NCBI RefSeq assembly: GCF_021869535.1
Contig: NW_026262679.1
Location: 42,284,001 to 42,348,000, forward strand
Source: Mytilus californianus
Lineage: Eukaryota
Reading direction: 5' to 3'
DNA: 64,000 nucleotides
Shown: positions 52,800 through 64,000 of the stretch, piece by piece
How positions within the stretch are numbered: the stretch's first letter is position 1
Layout of the letters: the number at the start of each line of letters is the position of its first letter
Translations under genes and position numbers: made by a program
The notes under the pieces: generated by a model
The model's input: the letters and a program-made list of their open reading frames with translations, nothing else
What the model was told of the DNA's origin: nothing
Database searches by the model: none

Positions 52800-53084
52800 A
52801 GGGAGCTACCATTTGATTTTTATGGGGGGGGGGGCTAGGATGAAATTTGAAAAAAAGGCAGGACAGGAGTTTTGAGTAAAAAAAAATGGCAGGATGAGCA
52901 ACTTGGTAAAAAAAAAGGCAGGATGACAATTTATGTAAAAAAAGTCGGGATAAACTAATAAAAAAAAAGGCAGGACCGAATAAAGTGAAAAATAAAAAGG
53001 CAGGACAGAGATTACAACTAAAATAAAATGCAGGACAAAATTTTTCATCCTAGCTCTCCCATAAAAATCAAATGGTAGCTCCCT
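52800..53084. mobile_element. MITE with ~27-bp TIRs and internal AAAAAGGCAGGA repeats (Kolobok-like)
   Basis: AGGGAGCTACCATTTGATTTTTATGGG...CCCATAAAAATCAAATGGTAGCTCCCT. Confidence 0.75.
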
Positions 53085-54381
53085 AAATTGTTAATAAAAA
53101 GATCAAGGTTTATTGTAAAATATACAATAGTTCTTTAAAATATTGCACCTGGACAAAGTAACAAATTATTAAAGCTTTAGAGCCAGACAGTAAAGATTAT
53201 ACTGTAAATTTTCATGATGTTGTACTGAACTGAATAATTAGAAAGTGAACCCAGACAAAAAAATTAAAAGAGTTGTCTAAGATTGCACAGTCTCATAAAA
53301 AATCAGAGTTACATCAGCTTATTTCAGTCACCATTCATGCCATTGATGAAGCTCGTAAAAATTCATCCACATTTGGAGCAAGTGAGCTAAATAATTATGC
53401 ACGCTTTTTCAGCTGTTGATATAAGCCTACAGTTTTTACCCACTATAAGTACACAGGTAGACCATAAGACCATGATGACCGATATTTGCTATTCATTTGT
53501 AAAATATCATTATAATTATTGATAAAGTTAATTATTTTGCAAAGTTGATTTAAGCTATCTTATTATTCTGCTGGAAAAGGCCAACTAAACAAATATGAAT
53601 TATTTTAAAGAACAACAGCTGCTTACACATGAAAGGTATTTAAGGATTATATAAAACTGTTTTTTATTATCTCAAATTCGATATCGATCTCTTTTAGCCT
53701 TAATTATGTCAGGTACCACATATGGAGAAATATATGCTTATCCTTCCGGAGAATCAGAGATCACCCACAGATTATGCTAGTATTAGTGTGGCTAAGTCTT
53801 TAGTTTTTTATGTGGTGTTTTTTAGATTGTTATTTGTCTTTTTGTCATTTTTCGTTTTTTTGTTGTTGCCATGGCACCGTCAGTTTCTCTTCGACTTATG
53901 AATTATAAACGTCCCTTTTGATACCTAATTTACAAAAGTGTCCTTACAAACAACGTTATATATTGCTGGGTCTTCCAAGTACTCCAAGAAACCTGTTTTT
54001 CTATAGGAATAAATATCAATTTTATAAGCAATCACACCATGGCAACCGAGTTACTGTAACACTACCTACTCTAGGGGCGGTGTAAATCAGAAATTCCAAA
54101 GATCCGTAGGAATACAAAAAATCTAAGCTACTTTCCTCTTCCCTTTACACAAGTATTCCCTATTTCAAACTTAAAGACAATTTAAAGAATTGGTCCTATT
54201 TTGTTTAATTAAAAATGATCAACATGGATACAAATATCTTGCTTATGGAGGAGATAAATCATACTTTGCAAAATAATTTTTTTCTTATTCAAACAATAAT
54301 TCTCTGAAACTAACATTATCAAGATACATGATTTCGAACAAATTTTTTACGTTTAAAGTACGTTTCTATCCTAAAACAAAA

Positions 54382-54542
54382 GGCATTTCATAGAAACCAA
54401 CTGTACTCCTCTTCTTGCCGACTTGTTCCTTTATTCATATCAGGCTGACTTCACTTAGGAAGAATGAAAAGATGCTAGCATTAACCTTTAACTACACGCT
54501 CCGCTATAAAGATGATGTCCTCTCATTAAATAGTCAAATTTG
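54382..54542 (+). mobile_element. Reverse-transcriptase fragment (Penelope-like)
   Basis: Degenerate translation GI..TNC.PLLADLFLYSY.ADF...FNYT.RY.DDVLSLN contains the RT motifs around YxDD. Confidence 0.75.
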
Positions 54543-55694
54543 CATTAAACAATATAAATAAAATTATATTAATCACTAAACATGATAAAAAATTAAGGAT
54601 GATCTGTATCCAAAGAAAAAGGTATTGTGAATTAAGATTTCGCAAAATATTTTGGTGGTGCTGTCCTACAATTAACCAATATTCAATTTAGCACAATAAC
54701 CATATTCGTATTGCCAACTTGTTTAACCGTTTTACATTTAAGTCTTCTTCATCTCAAACAGAAGTGTACTTTCTCTGCATTTCATTTATATTATTTTTCT
54801 TGAAGATTCAAAAACACTTATATACCTATATGGAGCTATTTTCTTTCAGAATAATGGGTCTTTCTTTTGATAAAAACAACTCAAACGATACCAAGTTCCA
54901 ATGAAATGTGCCTCAAGGCATAACATATTGACCTTTATAGGGTCATTATCTACCGTGATTGAAATAAAACTAGACTGTGAATTAGTTTATTAAAAATATG
55001 TAATTCATTTGAGAGTAATCGTGCGTTATTGCAAATTGGGATTTTATTGTACAATTTTTCATTTTTACTAGCTTTTAAAAGGTTGAAGGCAGATACCAAC
55101 CATCCTTTCCTCCATTTATTTGACTGAAATATTTATAAAAAAAACATCGTAAACGCAGAGTTTAGTTTTCAAAACAAATAATCTGAAGGTTTGTTTATTA
55201 ATCGGGACAATTGAAACATTATTTGGGATACATTCAATAATGTTAAATTTTTCATAATAAATGTTAAAACAAGGCAAATTCTATTACATTTATTTGTAGG
55301 ATTATTAAGAAATAAAAGTATACAATCTTGTTGATTCACATCTTATTGGAAATCGTACTATGACTTATGGATGTCCATTTTTCGTGTTGCATGTACAACA
55401 CACATTAGGATGTCAGTATTGACCATGTGGTCTGTCTTTATTTTAATAAATCCTGACAGCAGTCGGTGTGTTTAACGACAAAAATCCTACTAAAAATATA
55501 CATTATCTATGACATGCATGTACCTTCCTGATTCACTTGAACCCGACCTTTTTTATTAAGCGTTATCTAATTTGTCTCGTTGGATTCGCTAACATTCTTG
55601 TAGGGGCACCAATTGCACTGATAATTAAAACAATAAAAAGTTCACGTACTCTCTCTCACACACGTATATCGTAATTAGTGATTGTGCAATTATT

Positions 55695-55774
55695 CTAATA
55701 CTTGGTCGGAGGTTCTGACGGTAGTTTATAACCTGTAGCGACTTCATAGCTTGGAGGAGGTGTTAAAGGATCTC
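55695..55774 (-). CDS. Paralog D terminal exon (GDPLTPPPSYEVATGYKLPSEPPTKY*)
   Basis: Same acceptor and 80-nt length. The adjacent intron 56390-56680 is homologous to C intron 33490-33850. Confidence 0.8.
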
Positions 55775-57089
55775 CTGCAACAGACAGAAAAATCATCTGA
55801 AATGTAGTGTGGAATTTAACAAGTATGTTTATTGTCAAAAGTATGTTTATATGTCTCATTACCAATTTTATTATCATCGAGTGTTTCATGACATTGAAAT
55901 ACTAATTTGATTTGATGGTAAATGAATCATTATCATAGTTTGACAACTTTTACCTGAGACAAAATGTATAATTTAGACACCAAGACCCTTTTTTGAATTT
56001 TGTTATGCTAAATACTTGTAAGTAGTGCTTTGATGCATTGATGAACTAACTATAAAAATAAGAAGATGTGGTATGATTGCCAATGAGACAACTCTCCACA
56101 AGAGACCAAAGGACACGGAAATTAGCAACTATAGGTCACCGTACGGCCTTCAACAATGAGCAAAGCACATACCGCATAGTCAGCTATAAAAGGCCCCGAA
56201 ATGACAAATGTAAAACAATTCAAACGAGAAAACTAACGGCCTAATTTATTTACAAAATAACCAACCTGTTACATTTACTGCATATATATTTCAAATAGAA
56301 ATATAGCTATGTCTCCTTTTTTTTTTTTACAAATAACAGCATGTGAAACAAATCATGAACTTTAACCCTTCGGACGTCAACAGTACTCGAATTTGATTAG
56401 TTATTCTTTAACTCATTGGCAAGATCATACAGTGTTATCTACATTCGTCATTCCGTCATTTCAAAATCAGAAAATTATACTTTTTTTTTCGTTGTACCTG
56501 CATATATTTAGCTAATTTTCATTTTTTGTTTTGAGAGACCTCCTTTTGAATAATCTCCCTTGTAACAACATGGAAGGGCTTTTATGCTTACTGGGAACAA
56601 CTAATTTTCTTTTCTTTATTTCTATAAATATCATCGTAATAGAAATTGATGAATCTTATATTCATATTTTCCCTAATGTTTAGCCGATTTATCCTGTACC
56701 AGGCCTGCTGATTATTTTTTATCTAATCAACGTGTGGTCCGTTTGGTCGCATTTTTTCTCATAACAAACTAGTTGATTGTGCGCTATTCAACATTTTACT
56801 AATCTATATAAATATATAGGTACCAGTATGTGAAATTTTAATATGTCATTGTTAATGCAAAAGAATAGATTTCAATAATTTAGTAGGGTGTCTTTCAGCC
56901 ATTTGATCTTATTTTATGGTAAATCATGACAAATGCAGAATATCTAATTAGATATACATACATTGGTCAATAATTTCATTAACATCATAATTTCAAGAAA
57001 CTCATTTCATATGATTTTAATATTGTCGTTCAAAGTGACAATTTTGTATATTTTGCAACAAGAATATTTTCCATCATCTAAAAAACAAG

Positions 57090-57236
57090 TACCTGCCTGT
57101 TTAAATTTCTGCTTTTTACTGTATTTTTGTTTGTTAGAATAATAGATGTATGCAATACCCCAATATGACAGCAACCCAAACAACACAAAAGAAAAATACT
57201 AAAAGTCATCTCGGTCGACGTATATAAATGTCCTTC
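57090..57236 (-). pseudogene. Disrupted TM-like exon, possibly the penultimate exon of paralog D
   Basis: Hydrophobic stretches in overlapping frames (FFCVVWVAVILG / GIAYIYY) then basic SNKQKYSKKQKFKQA and a phase-1 donor G|GTACTT. Needs frameshift corrections. Not clearly alignable to B or C exon 4. Confidence 0.35.
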
Positions 57237-58835
57237 AGCAATAGACAATTGTCTAGAAACATTGGTATCCAAAATAAACCCTATACTTCACCAGAACTTG
57301 TAAAACATTAAGACTGTATATAAAGTATTTCATTGTCCACAAATCACAATACATCCCATACTTTCTATGATATTGTGTAATGCTTTATCGCTGTGTTTAA
57401 CTCACCTTTTTTTGTCAGAAGTAAAATATCTAAATGTCTGTCACCAACACCTAGTAAATATGTCACCATACAATAGCAAACTAATAAAGATAAAAATTTC
57501 AACTTTTTATCCTTGAATTATTTTTACCGATTATATATATCTACACCTTTTCATTTTTCAGATCATAACTACACTTAAGGAGTAATAATAGTTGACTATA
57601 TAGTTCAATGCAATTAGTAAGTTCACCAAGCATTACTCGTACAAAATGTAGTCTGGCTTAAACTCCTCTAGAAAGCGATAACACATTGCTTAATTATAGT
57701 CGGCACCTCAGTGTTGACATAAATTATTATTGATATGGTCAAAATTATGAATTAAGTGCTTACAAATCTTTGACATTTGGTCTTTTTTATTTTTTCAGTA
57801 GAGCAGCCCTGATGAGTCTTTTGTAGACAAAACACGCGTCTGGCGTTTAAACTTAAAGCCTGGTATTTAAGATGAGTTTAATTTCAAACCTGTGCCTTGT
57901 TGAGATAGATACAGATATTCTGTTCCACTATTGCTGTTGATATACTATGGTTTCCAACAAAGATTTTGATTATAGCACTCTTGGGAATAGCTGTTATGGA
58001 TATAATATATTATGGATCTTGCACTGAGTTTTTAATATTCTTTTTCAATATTTGTGAACTGAACAGTATGGTTATAATACAGTATATAGCTACTAGCATA
58101 TAAACTGCTAGATCTAAAGTTTCTCAGATCAACTAGAAATAAGGAATCCCCGAGTTCTAATTTTTGTTTCTCATAACAAAATAGTAGATTGTGTGCTATT
58201 CAACATTTTATTAATCTATATGAATATATAGGTACCAGTATGTGAAATTATAATATGTATGTATCATTGTTAATGCAAAAGTATAGATTTCAATAATTTA
58301 GGAAGGGGTCTTTCAGTAGTTTGATCTTATTTTATGGTAAATCACGACAAATGCAGGATATCTAATTACATTATATTGGTGTAAGTATTAAGAAAGCTAA
58401 TATGCATGATGTGTCCACTATATTGTATAAAATCCAGTAAGCATGATAAGTACAGGTAGTTAAAATATATATAAATGAATGTAAACAAAGTAATGCTGTT
58501 AAGCGGTTTATTTTTGCAAAGTTTAATTTCACGTATTATAGGAGCAAACCTTTAAGAGAGATTTATTTTCTTGTTTCTCTTGCTACTTCATATAATCTTC
58601 CTTATAGATCAATTTTACAGATGGGTGAAAATTTTTATTGTTATTGCAACATGAGCAAAATATAAGCCCCTCACTAAAAATTTCTTCGCGGTTTTCAGTG
58701 TTCTGATTAAAATGATAAACATAAATGTATCAGTAAGACTGAAATTAGGTAACAGTGATCTATTGGTTAGTCAAAATCTATGTTTCTTTATTTAAAAGAA
58801 TTTGTAACCTCAGGACCTTTATCATATTTATTAGT

Positions 58836-60322
58836 TTAATCCATGATTATTTTGTCTCTTTTAAGACCAAAGTTCTTCCAATACACAGAAATACCTAAAA
58901 AAAAACTTCAAATAAAGAGTGTCAACAGAACATAATTAATCCCTATCACAACTTTTAATATAGTTGTCAATGACCTCTGGTGAGGTACCATAGGCTGCTC
59001 CTTCCATTGGAGCATGCTCCTTTAGAAAATTATGTATAGTCCCATCTGTTGCTAATAGTTCTGCTAAAGGTAGGTATTCTTCAATCATCTGAACAAAACT
59101 TGTATAATAAAATGTATACTTTTATAACGGGTCTTATTTGTTTTAAATTTTAAATCTTAATGTGCAAATCTACTCATTATAACTGATTCAGAAGTAATCT
59201 TTGTTAAATTTTTACATATGCAATCAGGATTTGGTCGAACATACTGGAATATCTGTGTTATATAAATGGCAACAGATATTTTCCATTTGTCATAATCCCA
59301 TCTTCCTTTGTGACATCATTTTGTCAATTGATATTTTGCTTGTCACGAGCAAAACTGCTGATCCTTCTGTAATTCATTACGGTACTGTTTGAGTTGCTCT
59401 GTGCTTGTTCAAATAATCCTTTTTTGCTAACTCTTTAGGAAGATTTTTTTAAGTAATGAGAGAATATCTGCATATTTTTTCAGAGGTTATACTACATTTC
59501 CCCTGCTAATCCCAATCTTTCCAATATATGAACAGACAAAAAGATCACCATACTGCATAGCAGTTTTTGGTCCTTGACCGTTTGTTCAGTGTTTTAAATT
59601 TGTAAATTAATATTACCAGAATGTTCCCATTAAACAAAGAAAAAATAGTACTGCTGAATTACACAATAACTGCAGAAACTTCACCTTCCAAACAGGAATT
59701 GCACGTATGGTCATGTTAAGTATATCCTCTATTCTTAATCCAAAGTATCGGAAAACAGAAGGAAAGTATCTTAAAGAACTAAAGAAAGCTCATACATTAC
59801 AAGTCATTGCTGTCAAGCTGCTGATCAAATATGAAATCATTCTGTTTAGCAGTTTTTAAGAAAAGTGTGACGAATATATTTTTTTTCAGTCAACATGTTG
59901 AATAAAGAGCTGCGCCATGAGCGCATGAAACGCCCGTAAACCTTTTTGAGTTATTGTCTTCAAACCGGAAAATCCCCCCTTTTTTCTGGATACAGTCTGA
60001 ATACTCCAAAACGGACGGACGTACGGACGAACAACGATATACCATAATATTTTTACGTCTCATAAACGGGTGTATAAAAATCAAAAATATCGGAAAACAG
60101 GAAGTAGATTTTCCACAGGTCCAAAGGCTCACTCACACATTACAACACATACCTGACTGATGAACTGATAAAAAGTCATAATGTTTGGTAGTACTTGAGA
60201 AATGAGTGACACAGCATTTAAATTCGTTCAATATTTAAAGTATCCAATAACAGGCAGCAGGTGTCTGACTGGTCCAAAAAGTGCACACCCATTAGGAATT
60301 ATTATGGTCAAGTGGCTGACAA
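58836..60322 (-). pseudogene. Decayed multi-exon gene, unknown family
   Basis: Phase-compatible exons 59685-59778 (SLRYFPSVFRYFGLRIEDILNMTIRAIPVWK), 58989-59088 (MIEEYLPLAELLATDGTIHNFLKEHAPMEGAAY) and 58836-58894 (GISVYWKNFGLKRDKIIMD*). An upstream exon-like piece ~60152-60322 has a GTATGT donor and one internal stop. Confidence 0.45.
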
Positions 60323-61060
60323 AAATTGTTCTGTTAAGTTGTTCCTAAGAAAATGTGACAAGCATATTTGTTTGACGAATGGAAGAACATTGCAATATAG
60401 CCCCAACTTTTAGAGTGGGGTATAATTGTATAATTCACAACATGTTTGCTGCTTGTTGCAATTATTTTATATGGCGTAAGTTTTAATTCTTAAGTTTTTG
60501 CCTGAAGTAGCTACAAATAAATATAAATTGTAAAGTTCGGACTTTATTTATCATGGAAAGCAAAATAAATACCTTTATCAGAGAAATGAAGGCTTTAGAG
60601 CAAATGCAATGCCATTTCCGATATAATTAATATTTTAAAAGGGCATAACTTTTTTAAAAATATTTGATCGGCACTGATTTTCGAAATTGTCCAAGACAAA
60701 GCTGATATCATCCTATGATATATGTTTCATAAAAATCTCGCATGAAATGTACACATGAGAGCGCTAAAAATGCAATCTTCCATATAGTTATTATTTCCAA
60801 GGATCAAGGAAAATTGTTGATCAGCACTGATTTTCGAACTTGTCCGATACAATTCTGATATAAACCTATGATATAAGTTTTATAAAAATCTGGCAACAAT
60901 TGTACACGTGAGAGCACTAACAAGACAAGACGGACAGACGGACCGGCTGACGGACGACGCCCTGTATTTCTATTTCCCAAGCAACGCATCGTGACAATTA
61001 TGACCAGAAACATTAAAGACATTTCATATCAAAGATTATAAGTTAATGACATCACCTATA

Positions 61061-62406
61061 TGTTATGTACAAGTTATCATTTTGTACAAATTATAGTTTG
61101 TACAAAAACATTGTACAAATTATAATTTGTATTTTAACTTTGTACAATTTGTACAAAATTTGACTAAAATTCACTTATAACTTGTACAATAATTTATAGT
61201 ATAAAAAAAGCATTGATACACACTATCGAAATTTTAATCAATGACCACACAATAAACCTTATTTACAAAATACAAAAATACCCAAAGGAAATGTAATTGA
61301 TACATGCATGCCAGTTAATTCTGATAGTACAATAAAAATTGGCCCCAGTGACAATTCTGATAGTTTAATAGAAATTGGCACCAGTGACAATTCTGATAGT
61401 ATAATAGAAATTGGCACCAGTGACAATTATGATAGTGTAATAGAAATTGGCCCCGGTGACAATTCTGATAGAATAATAAAAATTGGCCCAGTGACAATTC
61501 TGATAGTATACTAGAAATTGATCCCAGTGACAATTAGGATGACACTGACGTTGAAACATCAATCATACGTGCCAGGAAGCGTGCACTGTCTGGCCAACAG
61601 ATCCAAGCTGAATATCTAACCAAGAAAACGAAAGGGAAATTATCAGAACTTGCTGTAGGGGAAAATTTCATTATACCAAATCCTCAGTATGATCGTGCCC
61701 AAACTGATCCTCGAAATAAGGTGCAATTATTGAATCTGGAGAAATTGGGTACCGCATTGGAACAGCTATAGGAAATTTAACATGACATTTGTCGAGAAAT
61801 CAAATTAAAGCTGTTAAAGACACATCTTTATTCGGTTCCTGAGCTTCGACTTTCGCTACGTGAAGCAGTTAAAAAGCTCTCAAAAACTGGTGGTCAGGGG
61901 TTTCTTTCATGTAAATGCAAATGGGGTGCAGCACTTCTAAATGTAAATGTAATAAGCAAAAGATGTTGTGCAATTCCCGATGCCATAATTCACTCACATG
62001 CTCAAACAAATGATACAGAACTATTTTTGTATTTTGTAAATAAGGTTTATTGTGTGATCATTGATTAAAAATTCTATAGTGTGTATCAATGCTTTTTTAT
62101 AACAAAATCCATACCGTTAATTATTGTACAAGTTATAAGTGAATTTTAGTCAAATTTTGTACAAATTGTAATTTTTACAAGCAATTTTTGTACAAATTAC
62201 AATTTGTACAAAGTCAAAATACAATTTGTACAATTATGTTTTAATGAGAGAATATTTATATGTTGTGTACAAGTTATCATTTTGTACAAATTATAATTTG
62301 TACAAAAAAATTGTACAAATTATAATTTGTATTTTGACTTTGTACAAATTGTAATTTGTACAAAAATTGCTTGTACAAATTACAAAATTATAACTTGTAC
62401 ACAACA
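61061..62406 (+). mobile_element. Ginger-like (KRBA2/SCAND3-type integrase) DNA transposon deletion derivative
   Basis: Termini TGTT(A/G)TGTACAAG...CTTGTACACAACA with TATA on both sides. Inverted arms of ~220 bp (61061-61280 vs 62022 onward). Frameshifted C-terminus ...QYDRAQTDPRN...LSLREAVKKLSKTGGQGFLSCKCK...KCKCNKQKMLCNSRCHNSLTCSNK* at ~61540-62013. Confidence 0.8.
61316..61537 (+). repeat. 36-bp tandem repeat (~6 copies) encoding IEIGTSDNSDSI-type 12-mers in the transposase remnant
   Basis: Unit ccagtgacaattctgatagtataatagaaattggca. Runs into the integrase C-terminal frame after a shift. Confidence 0.85.
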
Positions 62407-64000
62407 TATATATAAAAATTGATAAATTGATTGTTGTCTGCCTAGTTTGAAATATTTCATGCATATTCAGGACAATTATTTTTGTAAACTCATCCACAGA
62501 TTTCATATATCTTATATCTTTATAACCGGAGACATTAGTTGTAGTGGTTTCAGCTAAAGATCATAACAATCATATAGTTACCCTAATTTTCTAAATGTGT
62601 GCTGAAAAGGAAGACCTAAGAAAAGAAATATTATGTTTTTTTCATTAAAATTTTAGCTTGTAAAAGGTGTTTAGAATGTATGAATACATAAGCATTGCAT
62701 TATCCTTATCAATTACATTGTAATCTCATAATGGGCTTTTTATTCAAAAAGAAAATAAAACAAGTTGTAGGTAATATTACGAGCAATCCATAAAAAAATC
62801 TGTAGCAGTAAAAAGATTGAGTTAGCTCTCTTTTAATGTGAATCATCTGATATGTTAAAAATAGTAAAGGGAAATTCCAATTATAATAGACAGCCATTTC
62901 CTCACATTTGGGAAGTAAAAGAAAACATTATTTATAACAAAAGTAAAAGGTAATTAGAAAAAATGATTACAAAATCAAAACTTCTTTATAAATATTATAC
63001 ATCAATATAGATTACTGTTCATTAATGTGTATAATATGATTCATGTATAACAAACCTAAAAGTGAAAGTTAAAATACAGATAAACATTAACACTAACATG
63101 ACTAAGAATAATCGATTTAACTTTTATTATTGATCTTTCAGTATAACCATAAACAAGAGCCTCTACTTAACTTCATCTCACATTTTGCATATACAGTTAT
63201 ATAACATTCAATGACAGTAGAATACATTTACTCAAAAGATATTCCATTCTTAATTTATACCTCCAAAGTTCTTTTAGGTTATAATTCTGTAAATTTTTAT
63301 ATAGACAATGCAATTTCCCATAGCAACTCTTTTTACGGCTGAAACTGTGCCACTTTTACTATGAGATTTCGTAAATAAACTGTTGACACAGAGATATGTC
63401 TCGCCTGTCGGCATAAAATTCAAAAAAAGAAAATCTGACGGACAGCAGCTAGCATTGCTTATTAACCAAGTCACTGGACCATGCCCACAAGTCGACAAAC
63501 TGAGATGTACAGACAATAATGTAACTTTATAGAAAATATTGTTGCCAATTGTAAGTAGTTCCTATCAATCTAACTTAAGCAGAAAACTTAACAATGAAAA
63601 TTACTAATTAGTTCAAAGTATGTGGACCATGTCCTAGGGGGCCTCATAATAGTCGTCAAACTGATATGCACTGATAGTAATGCAACTTGATAAAAATATC
63701 ATTGATCTATCACAAGAAGATCCTATCAAACTAACTTAACAATTGTTGACGCCGTCGTCGCCGTTGCCAGTTTACAATCCATATGTCTCGTTTTTTCCAA
63801 CTTTCGTTTAATACACCATTTTCTACATAAGGATATGCCTGTACCAAGTCAGGAATATGTCAGTTGTTTTCCATTCGTTTAATATGTGTGAGCTTTTGAT
63901 TTTGCCATTTGATGATGGACTTTCCTTGGAGTTCGGTATTTTTGTTATTTTACTTTTTTCCCATAGGAACTTTTTTTATTGCTTAAACTGTGCCATTTTT

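Noticed and set aside
56710-58370. ~250-bp direct repeat (56710-56960 vs 58160-58370)
   Set aside because: Checked as a possible LTR pair, but no terminal motifs, TSD, PBS or internal ORF. Treated as an old local duplication.

Overview
AT-rich eukaryotic genomic DNA, very probably a Mytilus-type bivalve (inferred from repeat families I recognise, not verified). The main content is a head-to-tail, minus-strand tandem array of at least four paralogous multi-exon genes (A-D) that the ORF track shows only in fragments. Each encodes a putative single-pass membrane protein: a ~130-aa four-cysteine CUB-like ectodomain, a TM helix, a very Cys-rich cytoplasmic block and two PPxY motifs. Paralog B (exons 32472>14857) splices to a complete 346-aa ORF. 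C is intact from exon 2 on. A runs off the left edge and D looks damaged. In B, local duplications put three extra splice-acceptor-bearing copies of the TM exon upstream of the full one, predicting tailless and secreted isoforms. Introns hold many TEs: a 1.9-kb pol-less LTR element with TATAAC..GTTATA ends, a 2.85-kb element with ~560-bp TIRs and a 6-bp TSD (IS3EU-like), a Ginger-like deletion derivative, Kolobok-type MITEs, Helentron/HINE-like elements, SINE and Penelope fragments. Two decayed multi-exon genes of unknown family lie at 3.7-9.6 kb (+) and 58.8-63.5 kb (-). No rRNA, tRNA or CRISPR found. All alignments and translations were done by eye.
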